A DNA stretch of 54,070 nucleotides from contig CBDUBY010000001.1 of assembly GCA_965365505.1 (NCBI GenBank), positions 1-54,070 of the forward strand. The letters run 5' to 3'. This document shows, piece by piece, positions 46,403 through 54,070 of this stretch; position 1 is the first letter of the stretch, and each line of letters opens with the position of its first letter. Under the pieces are notes generated by a model that did no database searches, was not told the DNA's origin, and saw only the letters and a program-made list of their open reading frames with translations. Source of the stretch: an uncultured Pyrinomonadaceae bacterium. Its GTDB lineage: Bacteria; Acidobacteriota; Blastocatellia; Pyrinomonadales; Pyrinomonadaceae. A program made the position numbers and the translations under genes.

Positions 46403-46774
46403 TTACTTGCCCTGAACTCTTCGGTCTTCCTCGATCATTCCCAGACCGTAATTTTTCCCGTTGTAATTCACGCCGTTCTGGATTTTGCCCTTTACGCCAA
46501 TCTTCGTTCCCTTCGACGGAACGCTAGACTGCGTGACAACCCAAATTGAACCCGTTCCGTCGTCAACTTTATACACGCCGCCGCGAATCTGCGTCAGCGG
46601 AATGTTCAAACCGTAACTGTCGCGCACCGTTCCCGCAATACCGACTTCTTTGTTGTAATACTTCGACGGATTGGCTTCGATAGACGCGATGCTCTCGCGC
46701 TTCGGACACGCCGCCGTTATCAAACCGAGCGTCAAGACCAGCCCGATTAAAATAGTCTTCGTTGTTTTTTTCAT
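46403..46774 (-). CDS. lipoprotein with OB-fold-like beta domain
   Basis: Lipobox LGLITAAC after a signal peptide, GGAGA RBS, and a beta-rich body (VGIAGTVRDSYG...GSIWVVTQSSVPSKGTKIGVKGKI). Confidence 0.6.
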   Translation of the reverse strand: MKKTTKTILIGLVLTLGLITAACPKRESIASIEANPSKYYNKEVGIAGTVRDSYGLNIPLTQIRGGVYKVDDGTGSIWVVTQSSVPSKGTKIGVKGKIQNGVNYNGKNYGLGMIEEDRRVQGK

Positions 46775-46921
46775 ATTTTCTCCTGTTTATCTTTTGAAAA
46801 TGCGGGAGAGCCGTTTGTCGTGACTTAGACAGCGAACGCGCAGGTAAAAGTTTGCCATTATTTTCGTTTTCTGCGATTCTTTTAGCGTTCAATTTTGTCA
46901 AGCGGCACGCAAAATACATTT

Positions 46922-48043
46922 ATGGGGACGGCAACAGGGCAGGCAACGAACGAGAGGTTTTCGTTTTCATCGAGCATCGCGGCTGATGTGTGGCATCCGA
47001 AACAAAGTTCGCAGGCGTTCGAGTGGTGGTATTTCGATGCTTTGAGCGAAGACGGGCGCGATGCGGTCGTGATAATTTTTCTCGACAACTTTATCTTTTC
47101 GCCGCGCTACAACTCGACGAATCGAAAGATAAGTAAAATAGCGGCAAGGCTGCGCTCTAATAAAGATTCGCAGTGCCGGAAATGTTTTCCCGCCATCGCT
47201 TTTACTTATTACCGCGACGGCAAGCCAAAATATCGCGCCATCAACGAATTTCTGCCCGAAGAGTTTTCCGCCGACGAAGATAAGCCCGCGTGCGTCATCG
47301 GCGACAATCATTTTCGCATCGAGAAAGCTCCGTATGGTTCGGGCTATCTGCTTTCGATTAATGCCAAGCTGCGAAACAATAAAAACTTAAAAGCCAACTT
47401 TGAATGGCTGTCGGTCGAGAGCGATTTTCTGCCCGATAAACCGATTAACACCGAAGATTCGCACAGTTGGAACTTGGTCGTATCGCGCGCCGACGTGACC
47501 GGCAGAATCAATATCAACGACGACACAGGCAAGTCGCTCGATGTCGTCAATTTTCGCGGCACGGGTTATCACGACCACAATCTCGACAACCGCTGGATGC
47601 CCGATACGGTCAGCGATTGGCAATGGGGACGCGCTCATTTCGCCGACGCGACCGCCGTCTTTTATCGTTACAAGGAAAACGGCGCAGCAAACCCGACGAC
47701 GAAACTTTTTATCGTTCGCAACGACGAGCTGCGCGACCGCGATTCGACTTATGAAGAAACGAATTTCGCCCGCGACGTTTTCGGCATAAAATACCCGCAG
47801 CGTCTGAAGCTGCAAACCGAAGACGATATGCGTCTGCGCGTCAAGCAGACAAAGATAATTGACGCGAGTTTCTTTTATCTGCGCTTTCAAAGCGAGATGA
47901 CGCTGACGCTGCGCGACGGAAAACCGCGCAAGACCATCGGCATCACGGAGCTTCTCAAGCCGAAGGCGTTAAAATACAAATGGCTCGACTGGCTGACGAA
48001 TATGCGAATCGGACGCAACGGCAAAGGTTCGTTTCTGCCGTGA
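46922..48043 (+). CDS. CrtC (carotenoid 1,2-hydratase)/AttH-like lipocalin-fold protein
   Basis: FEWWYFDALSEDGRDAVVIIFLDNFIFSPRY resembles the CrtC N-terminal signature (WWYxDAxSDDG...F.GSVFSPYY, from memory). ATG 46922 is preferred over the track's TTG 46895. Confidence 0.55.
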   Translation: MGTATGQATNERFSFSSSIAADVWHPKQSSQAFEWWYFDALSEDGRDAVVIIFLDNFIFSPRYNSTNRKISKIAARLRSNKDSQCRKCFPAIAFTYYRDGKPKYRAINEFLPEEFSADEDKPACVIGDNHFRIEKAPYGSGYLLSINAKLRNNKNLKANFEWLSVESDFLPDKPINTEDSHSWNLVVSRADVTGRININDDTGKSLDVVNFRGTGYHDHNLDNRWMPDTVSDWQWGRAHFADATAVFYRYKENGAANPTTKLFIVRNDELRDRDSTYEETNFARDVFGIKYPQRLKLQTEDDMRLRVKQTKIIDASFFYLRFQSEMTLTLRDGKPRKTIGITELLKPKALKYKWLDWLTNMRIGRNGKGSFLP

Positions 48044-48100
48044 TGAAACTATTGTTTTCAATTTCTATATCAGCCGTTCCGGTCATCGAAGATGATAAAT

Positions 48101-48248
48101 AATATAGCGCAGGGTGAAACCCTGCGTTGTCGGCAGGAAATTTGAACGCTCGCTGAAGGCGAGCAACAACCGGCGTCGGCGTGTTCGACACTTTCAGCGT
48201 CGGGGATTTATCGTCCGATTAACGTAGGGTTTCACCCTACGCTATATT
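48101..48248. repeat. 148-bp element bounded by 28-nt imperfect inverted repeats, each arm itself a hairpin (MITE-/BIME-like)
   Basis: AATATAGCGCAGGGTGAAACCCTGCGTT (48101-48128) pairs with AACGTAGGGTTTCACCCTACGCTATATT (48221-48248). There is an internal hairpin GCTCGC-tgaag-GCGAGC. Confidence 0.85.
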
Positions 48249-48371
48249 GTTCGTCACCGTTGGCGACAAAATGCGAAACTTAATAATTCAGTAAACCTCT
48301 GAAATAAAAATTCGTTAATCGTCACTAACTATTGAAATTATTTCACAAATTCAGATTTTACGATTCCAAAT

Positions 48372-49475
48372 ATGCAAGAGAACCCGACAATAAATAAAGA
48401 AAACGTCAGCCGTTTTTTATGCGAAAACTGCGGCGCGAATATGGGCTTTGACGCGGCGAGCGGCGGCTTGGCGTGTCCATACTGCGGACACAAAAAAGTC
48501 GTTGAGCCGACGGGCGGCACGATAACCGAAAAAGACTTTCACAGCTTTTTGCGTCCCGACGCTCAACGCCTGCAGCCGATGGCAGTTAACGCAATGCAGG
48601 TAAGTTGCGAAACGTGCGGCGCGACTGTGACCTTTGTGCCGCCGGAAACTGCCGGAACGTGCGATTTCTGCGGCGGCAAAATCGTCGCTCAACCCAAATC
48701 TGCCGATCCGCTCGTCGCGCCCGAAGGCGTTCTTCCCTTCTCGGTCACAGCGCAAATCGCTTCGACCGCGCTCAAAGGTTGGATCAACTCGCGCTGGTTC
48801 GCGCCGAGCAATTTAAAAGTTTTGGCGCAGCCCGATAAAGTCGGCAGCGTCTATATTCCTTACTGGACGTTCGACGCTGACACTGACAGTCAATACGACG
48901 GCGAGCGCGGCGAACATTATTATGTTACGGAACACTACGAAGAAAACGGCGAAACGAAATCGAGACAGGTGCGTCATACGAATTGGTATGGAACTTCCGG
49001 TGCGGTCAGCCGACATTTCGACGACCTTTACATTCCCGCGACAAAATCTCTTTTGCCCGATTACGTCAAACATTTAAGTTGGGAATTTGACCGGCTAGTT
49101 CCGTATCAACCGGCTTACCTCGCCGGACACAAGGCGCAAACTTATCAAGTGTCGCTCGAAGAAGGCTTTGAGATTTTCAAACAACAGGCGAGCGGAATCA
49201 TCTATTCGGACGTGCGCCACGACATCGGCGGCGACGAACAGCGCGTTCACAATGTCCACACCGATTATTCAAATATCACCTTCAAGCATTTGCTTTTGCC
49301 CGTCTACGCGGGCGCGTATCGCTACAACAATAAGGTTTTTCAAATCGTCGTCAACGGCAGAACCGGCGAAGTGCAGGGCGAACGCCCCTACAGTTGGCTG
49401 AAAATCGGCTGCTTAGTCGTCGTGATTCTTCTCGTGCTGATAATTATTTTGATAATTGCGGGCGCGACGAGGTGA
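48372..49475 (+). CDS. double zinc-ribbon protein with C-terminal TM anchor (conserved hypothetical)
   Basis: CENCGAN...CPYCGHK and CETCGAT...CDFCGGK ribbons, with a C-terminal LKIGCLVVVILLVLIIILIIAG helix. Confidence 0.65.
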   Translation: MQENPTINKENVSRFLCENCGANMGFDAASGGLACPYCGHKKVVEPTGGTITEKDFHSFLRPDAQRLQPMAVNAMQVSCETCGATVTFVPPETAGTCDFCGGKIVAQPKSADPLVAPEGVLPFSVTAQIASTALKGWINSRWFAPSNLKVLAQPDKVGSVYIPYWTFDADTDSQYDGERGEHYYVTEHYEENGETKSRQVRHTNWYGTSGAVSRHFDDLYIPATKSLLPDYVKHLSWEFDRLVPYQPAYLAGHKAQTYQVSLEEGFEIFKQQASGIIYSDVRHDIGGDEQRVHNVHTDYSNITFKHLLLPVYAGAYRYNNKVFQIVVNGRTGEVQGERPYSWLKIGCLVVVILLVLIIILIIAGATR

Positions 49476-49480
49476 AGAAA

Positions 49481-49560
49481 GGATGAGGGATGAGGGATGA
49501 GGGATGAATAAGAAAAATCCTTTTGCTTTATTCATCCCTCATCCTTCATCCTTCATCCTT
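49481..49560. repeat. long hairpin made of tandem GGATGAG/GGATGAA heptamers and their complement
   Basis: The left arm is (GGATGAG)3 GGATGAA TAA (49481-49511) and the right arm TTA TTCATCC CTCATCC TTCATCC TTCATCC (49528-49558). The right arm encodes the last residues (MKDEG) of the YbjQ-like gene. Confidence 0.9.
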
Positions 49561-49868
49561 ATCCTCACTGCCGTGCCATACGCCAGAACTTCGGTAATCG
49601 TGGATGAAAATTCCGTCGCATCGTAGCGCATCGCAATAATCGCGTTTGCGCCGAGTTCGTGCGCGTGCTGAACCATTAAGCCAAAAGCATCCTGCCGGGC
49701 TGCTTCGCAGATGCGCGTGAACTCTTTGATGTTACCGCCGCCGAGTGCCTTTAATCCGCCGATGAATCCCGCGCCGATGCTCGTCGCACGAACCACGATG
49801 CCGCGCACCACACCTAGATATTCGACGATTTCGCCCATCGCCACATCGTTTCCCGTTGTAATTATCAT
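49539..49868 (-). CDS. YbjQ/UPF0145 family protein
   Basis: MIITTGNDV...IVEYLGVVRGIVVRA...GGNIKEFTRICEAARQDAFGLMVQHAHELGANAIIAMRYD is typical of YbjQ_1. Confidence 0.85.
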   Translation of the reverse strand: MIITTGNDVAMGEIVEYLGVVRGIVVRATSIGAGFIGGLKALGGGNIKEFTRICEAARQDAFGLMVQHAHELGANAIIAMRYDATEFSSTITEVLAYGTAVRIRMKDEG

Positions 49869-49886
49869 TTTGAATTCTCCTGTAAT

Positions 49887-51161
49887 TTATTCGTAACGCA
49901 ATGCTTCAATCGGATTCAGGCGGCTGGCGCGCAAGGCGGGCAGAACTCCGGCGATGAATGCGATTAAACAAATCAATAAAATTATCAATATCAAAGATAA
50001 CGGTTTGAAGGCAATCAAACGGTAGCCTTCAAACGATTGATTAAAATATTTGGAAGCGTATGAATTGGCGACAACGCCGACAATCATCGCCGTCACGATA
50101 CCGAGAACCGCGCCCCAAAAGCCGATTAAAATTGATTCGAGCGCGAACAAAAAGAAAACCTTGCCGCGTCCCATTCCTAAAGCCTTTTGCAGCCCGATTT
50201 CCTTGGTTCGTTCCAGAACGGCAATCACCAGAGTATTGATGATGCCGAACGAAGCCGCGAGCAATGCGATGCCCGCGAAAAGATTCATCCCGATTTGGAA
50301 AAGACCGATGGCATCGTAAAGTCGCTTGTTCTGGTCAGCCATCGTTTCGACCTCGAAACCTTTTTCGTTCAGCTTCTTTTTGACGGCGGCGACGCTTGCC
50401 GCGTCGGTCTTGGCGACTTGAAACGAAAAAGTGGCGAATTTATTATAATCAACCTCGCCGGAACGCTGGGCTTGATAGATTTGTTTCTCGGTTGCGCGGT
50501 CAATGGTCGAGAAATACGAATCCATAATGCCTTTGGTCGCCACGCCGACAATCTTTAATTTCACCGTCTGTATCTGCGGCGGCACGCCCGTTTTGTATCC
50601 AATCGTCACTTCTCTGCCGATTAAACTTTGAAAATCGTCGCTAAAGACTTTGGCGAGCGAGTAGAGTAGAATTATCTGATTTTCGCCGTCAATCTGCCTG
50701 CCCGCTTCCAGCTTTTGCGTGACGCCGACGGCGGTCGAGTTAATCGGCGAAACATATTTTTTAACGCCGTCGAGGGAAATATAAGCGGCTCTCGCCGAAT
50801 ACTTGGGCGAAGCGGCGACGACTTCGGGAAACTCGCTTGCCAGCCGTTCGATTTGCTCCGAAGTGACGGTTATGCCGTTCGGGTCAAAGCCGGTCGCTTC
50901 TTCTTTCGGTTCGGTGTATTCTTTCGGTTCGCCGTTCGACGGCGAATCGTCTTTGGGCGGCTTTTTATTGATAAACAACGTGCCGTTTCCCTCAAAATTC
51001 TTGACCTGCGTTTCGATATAATCCTTCACGCCGTCGCCCAAACCGTTGGTCAGCGTCAATGTAAAAGCCCCGACAAAGATTGCCAACACGGTCAGCAGAG
51101 TTCTCAGCTTATTGCGAAAAAGATTGCGGTTCGCCGTGATGATTAAATCTTTCAGGTTCAT
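49887..51161 (-). CDS. ABC transporter permease (FtsX/MacB/LolCE type)
   Basis: An N-terminal TM helix, a large periplasmic domain and a C-terminal FtsX 3-TM bundle (EIGLQKALGMGR...RASRLNPIEALRYE). Confidence 0.9.
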   Translation of the reverse strand: MNLKDLIITANRNLFRNKLRTLLTVLAIFVGAFTLTLTNGLGDGVKDYIETQVKNFEGNGTLFINKKPPKDDSPSNGEPKEYTEPKEEATGFDPNGITVTSEQIERLASEFPEVVAASPKYSARAAYISLDGVKKYVSPINSTAVGVTQKLEAGRQIDGENQIILLYSLAKVFSDDFQSLIGREVTIGYKTGVPPQIQTVKLKIVGVATKGIMDSYFSTIDRATEKQIYQAQRSGEVDYNKFATFSFQVAKTDAASVAAVKKKLNEKGFEVETMADQNKRLYDAIGLFQIGMNLFAGIALLAASFGIINTLVIAVLERTKEIGLQKALGMGRGKVFFLFALESILIGFWGAVLGIVTAMIVGVVANSYASKYFNQSFEGYRLIAFKPLSLILIILLICLIAFIAGVLPALRASRLNPIEALRYE

Positions 51162-51210
51162 AAATTCTGTTTGAAGTAGTCGGAGAAAATTAAATTTAAG
51201 ATAAGAATTT

Positions 51211-51312
51211 AGCCACAGATTTGCACAGATGAACTCGGATGATAAGAAAAGATGTGAAAATGCAGTTTAAAATCATAAAACATCTCGTGTTTATCTGTGC
51301 AAATCTGTGGCT
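51211..51312. repeat. hairpin element with 20-nt perfect inverted repeats
   Basis: AGCCACAGATTTGCACAGAT (51211-51230) pairs with ATCTGTGCAAATCTGTGGCT (51293-51312). Confidence 0.9.
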
Positions 51313-51315
51313 GAA

Positions 51316-51347
51316 TTTCTTAAAAATCAAATCTGTCCTATTACTTA
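51316..51347. repeat. 32-nt direct repeat, copy 1
   Basis: TTTCTTAAAAATCAAATCTGTCCTATTACTTA, matching copy 2 at 30 of 32 positions. Confidence 0.9.
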
Positions 51348-51389
51348 AGTAATCGAGCAAAATAACACTATAAATAATTTGTTGCCGAT

Positions 51390-51441
51390 GGAACGCCGGC
51401 ATCTTGCCGGCAAACGCTTGCCGGCAAGATGCCGGCGTTCC
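51390..51441. repeat. 52-nt double-hairpin palindromic element (same family as 43680-43731)
   Basis: GGAACGCCGGCATCTTGCCGGCA-aacgct-TGCCGGCAAGATGCCGGCGTTCC. Confidence 0.95.
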
Positions 51442-51473
51442 TTTCTTAAAAATCAAATCTATCCAATTACTTA
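51442..51473. repeat. 32-nt direct repeat, copy 2 (abuts and includes the ATPase stop codon)
   Basis: TTTCTTAAAAATCAAATCTATCCAATTACTTA. Confidence 0.9.
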
Positions 51474-52142
51474 TCCTTCCAAAACAATCTCGCCGTCCTT
51501 TAATAAAATCATCCGCGCGCATTTCGCCGCCAAATCTTCGTCGTGCGTGACGATGACGATGGAAATCTTTGCTTCCTGATTTAATCTAAAAAGCGTGTCT
51601 TCGATCATCTTGCCCGTCGCCGAATCGAGATTGCCGGTCGGTTCGTCGGCGAAGATGATTTTCGGCTCGCACGCCAACGCTCTGGCGATGCAGGCGCGCT
51701 GCTTCTCGCCGCCCGATAAATCTTTCGCCTGTTTTTTCGCCAAACCTTCCAGCCCGACCGTCTGCAAAAAGCTCATCGCCTTATCGCGTCGTTCGGCTGT
51801 TGCCAAACCGCGAATTTTCAGCGGAAGCGCGACGTTTTCCAAAACCGAATCTCTGCCGTTCAAAAAGAATTGCTGAAAAACAAAGCCGAAGGTTTCGTTG
51901 CGAAATTTGTTCAGACGACTTTGCGAAAACTCGTTGACGTTTTCGCCGTCGAAAAATATCGTCCCGCTCGTCGGCGTGTCGAGACAGGCGAGCAAATGCA
52001 TCAAAGTTGATTTCCCGCTGCCGGATTTCCCCACAATCGCCAGATTATCGCCCTGTTCGATTCGCAGATTGACGCGCTTTAACGCTTCGTAATCCGTGCC
52101 GCCGCTGGTGTATGTTTTGGAAAGGTTCGTGGCTTCAAGCAT
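51471..52142 (-). CDS. ABC transporter ATP-binding protein (MacB/LolD type)
   Basis: Walker A GKSGSGKST, signature LSGGEKQR, Walker B IIFADEPTGNLD, and the H-loop VTHD. Confidence 0.95.
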   Translation of the reverse strand: MLEATNLSKTYTSGGTDYEALKRVNLRIEQGDNLAIVGKSGSGKSTLMHLLACLDTPTSGTIFFDGENVNEFSQSRLNKFRNETFGFVFQQFFLNGRDSVLENVALPLKIRGLATAERRDKAMSFLQTVGLEGLAKKQAKDLSGGEKQRACIARALACEPKIIFADEPTGNLDSATGKMIEDTLFRLNQEAKISIVIVTHDEDLAAKCARMILLKDGEIVLEG

Positions 52143-52279
52143 ATTCGTTTCGGAAATGACGGAATCGCTAAATGATGTCGCGATTCATACGTCGAAGCAA
52201 AACGGGTTTGTTGCAAATAAATGCAGCCGCTCAGGTTGAGCCGCCGCATTTTTTTGTTTTATTCGATTCGATGAATGAT

Positions 52280-52765
52280 TTATTTCATCATCTCCTCCGG
52301 CTTCATCTCCATATCAGTGTGATAAACCACCTGCCACGATTTTCCGTTTTTGCGCCAGACGGAGACGGTTCTTATATTCTCTGTTTCCGTCTTTCCTTCG
52401 GGATTTGCGCCTTCGACTTTAACGATTGCCGTTACAATAGCCGCGTCTTTGTCTATCCACGCGACTTTTATATCCGAAAGCTCTGCGTTTGTCAGATTGG
52501 CTTTCGTTATATTAGCCAGCGTCGCAGTTTTATTGCTGATGCCGTCGGCAGAAACGCCCTGATAATCGTCGGCGAGCATTTTCCCGAAATCTTCCCAACG
52601 CTTTGCCTTTATCGCGCTCCAAGCCATCTGCTCCTGATTCATCAACATTTGGTCGGGAGTCATTTTCTTCGACATTTTATCGTCCTTCTTCATCTCGTCC
52701 TGAGCGAAGGCGGACAACGCCAAACACAAAATAAACGCCAAAACTAACGTCATTTTTATTTTCAT
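52280..52765 (-). CDS. secreted NTF2-fold (SnoaL/DUF4440-like) protein
   Basis: AGGAG RBS, signal peptide MKIKMTLVLAFILCLALSAFA, and W...DF...L..DY.GV...G pattern typical of DUF4440. Confidence 0.6.
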   Translation of the reverse strand: MKIKMTLVLAFILCLALSAFAQDEMKKDDKMSKKMTPDQMLMNQEQMAWSAIKAKRWEDFGKMLADDYQGVSADGISNKTATLANITKANLTNAELSDIKVAWIDKDAAIVTAIVKVEGANPEGKTETENIRTVSVWRKNGKSWQVVYHTDMEMKPEEMMK

Positions 52766-52899
52766 ATATTTATCTCCTGAATTTACTTTTGAACTCGATT
52801 GACTAATACGATTAACCGAGCCGACCGGCGACGAATGGCGCGTCTTTCGGCTCAGAATATGTTTTGCCGACGAACTGCTTCGGAATTGAAAAGATTTTT

Positions 52900-52950
52900 C
52901 ACCAAAAGAATAACCGCAAAGTTATGTTTTTGACAACATAATTTTGCGGC
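52900..52950 (-). terminator. intrinsic terminator after 52981-53346 gene
   Basis: A 15-bp stem, CCGCAAAGTTATGTT / AACATAATTTTGCGG (one G-U pair), followed on the minus strand by TTATTCTTTTGG. Confidence 0.6.
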
Positions 52951-52980
52951 TTGACTTGGGAATCAATAAATTCTGACTGA

Positions 52981-53346
52981 TTAATCCTCGACGGGCGGAG
53001 TTTTCTTCTTGCGCGTCAAACCGGATTTGCGAGCCGATTTGCGAATGTAGCCCATCGCTTCATAAAGCGCGCTGTCCGAGCCTTCGGTCGGGTCGGCGAT
53101 GACACCGGCGACGATCATCTCGACTTCGGCGAGCGTTATCTGATCTTCCGATTCGCGCGTGGCGATTTTCTGAATTTCCTCGTCCTTGATGGTCATCAAC
53201 TCCTGTCGCGGCACGAGACTCTTGTCAACCTGCGCTTCGTATTCGGCGACTGATTTTCCGGCGAATTTCTTATCGGGCGCGAGCGTTTTCCACGCATTTA
53301 AGACTTTCAGCATTTTTTCTTCGTTTCCTTTGGGATTATACGGCAT
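52981..53346 (-). CDS. hypothetical protein
   Basis: AAGAGGT RBS 6 nt before ATG 53346 (MPYNPKGNEEKMLKV...). Helical with a Lys-rich C-terminus. The track start at 53433 is probably too long. Confidence 0.55.
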   Translation of the reverse strand: MPYNPKGNEEKMLKVLNAWKTLAPDKKFAGKSVAEYEAQVDKSLVPRQELMTIKDEEIQKIATRESEDQITLAEVEMIVAGVIADPTEGSDSALYEAMGYIRKSARKSGLTRKKKTPPVED

Positions 53347-53866
53347 ATTTTTACCTCTTAAATTGTTGCGAGAATTTTGACAGCAGATAGTTGAGAGCCT
53401 AAGCGGGTAATTCAAGGCGGGAACGAAGCGCACGACAAATCGGTTCAGATTCTCTCGCCAATCAAACGTCTGCCGACGCGCATTTCGTCAACAGTTATTA
53501 TCAGACACAGTTAAACATTAGTCAACATTTTTTTATTTTTAGTTTGACAACTGATTGTTTATCCGAAATTAAACGCTGAACGGTGAACTCAAAACGCATT
53601 TTTCGAATAAAAAACCGCGATTTGGAATTGGGCAATCCGGTGTTATGGCTTTTTAAATGCGTTTGTAAAGATTCAAAATGCGTTTGAAAACACATAATTC
53701 GCGGTTTATGTTTTCGGAAATCCTTTTGAGAATTGATAAATCATAATTTGGATTTTTAGATTAGCGGATTTAACTGTTTGAATCAGGTTTGCGGCGTTTT
53801 ATTTTGTGATTTAGCAGTTAAATCCGCGTCTTTTCGTTTGAGCGAATAGTTTTTTTGCGTTTTTCT

Positions 53867-54027
53867 GCGGCTAAGCCGCCTGATATTCGGAAAGTCTGTG
53901 CCTTTCCGACAAGCATCTTAAAATGAACCGAGTCTGCGCCTCGAACGGCGACAGAGCCGAGCCGTTTTAGAGAGAGAACTTTTACCGGAAAGGCTGACGC
54001 TTTCCGCACATCAGGCGGCACAGCCGT
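53867..54027 (+). ncRNA. about 160-nt long imperfect hairpin, 6S-RNA-like shape (identity and strand tentative)
   Basis: There are four nested stems: GCGGCU/AGCCGU, GCCGCCUGAU/AUCAGGCGGC, CGGAAAG/CUUUCCG and GCCUUUCCG/CGGAAAGGC. Internal loops follow, then an apical UCUGCGCC/GGCGaCAGA. Two G-U pairs occur only in the plus-strand fold. No conserved 6S sequence motif was verified. Confidence 0.3.
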
Positions 54028-54070
54028 CAAAAATCAGTTAATTTCTTTTTCAACTTTTACCAAAAATATC

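Noticed and set aside
49481-49560. Canonical bidirectional intrinsic terminator
   Set aside because: There is no U-run on either side, and the right arm is coding. It is reported as a repeat hairpin instead.
52172-52747. 191-aa plus-strand ORF
   Set aside because: It is antisense to the NTF2-fold gene, which has an RBS, a signal peptide and a sensible fold pattern. The antisense product is low-complexity.
53818-54030. 70-aa minus-strand ORF
   Set aside because: It coincides with the long hairpin, has no RBS, and has a composition typical of translated stem sequence.
1-54070. Mobile-island hallmarks (tRNA gene, integrase, transposase, phage genes, long flanking direct repeats) around the 32-36.5 kb locus
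   Set aside because: None were recognised by eye. I therefore make no claim that the candidate system lies on a genomic island. A tRNAscan/ISfinder run would be needed to be sure.

Overview
About 54 kb of bacterial chromosome. I saw no rRNA, tRNA, CRISPR array, transposase or integrase. It holds about 50 protein genes, one clear RNase P RNA (rnpB, minus strand, about 9570-9966), several well-formed intrinsic terminators and several families of hairpin repeats. Gene content includes a Ser/Thr kinase-TPR fusion, two ECF sigma/anti-sigma pairs, a P-domain/FG-GAP secreted protein, a Wza-like exporter, prepilin peptidase, AsnRS, eukaryote-type ProRS, thiolase/3-hydroxybutyryl-CoA/acyl-CoA dehydrogenase genes and a MacB/Lol-type ABC pair. 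This looks like a soil Gram-negative, perhaps Acidobacteriota-like, but that is inference only. The most unusual stretch is 32.4-36.5 kb. It has a translationally coupled minus-strand operon of two diverged Pol-beta-type nucleotidyltransferase paralogues, an AT-rich helical ORF between them, and a yeast-Fcy1-like cytosine deaminase. Divergent from that operon is a consensus-like promoter driving a ~160-nt RNA made of two (GUUA)6-7 tracts around a hairpin. The RNA ends in a strong terminator and is followed by a small acidic ORF. A minimal DUF2235/Tle1-like hydrolase gene flanks the locus. I cannot match this ensemble to any named system. Second in interest is a UvrC paralogue lacking both the GIY-YIG and HhH domains, placed directly after an EXO-LIG (ligase-associated DNA damage response) gene pair, with a palindromic repeat at its truncated 5' end. 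Third are the hairpin/palindrome repeats, which show compensatory substitutions, inflate several ORF-track N-termini and expand the spacer inside an ABC operon. The ORF track misses a 5'-edge anti-sigma gene (no in-window stop) and a 38-aa membrane peptide. All domain calls come from motif recognition by eye and no searches were run.
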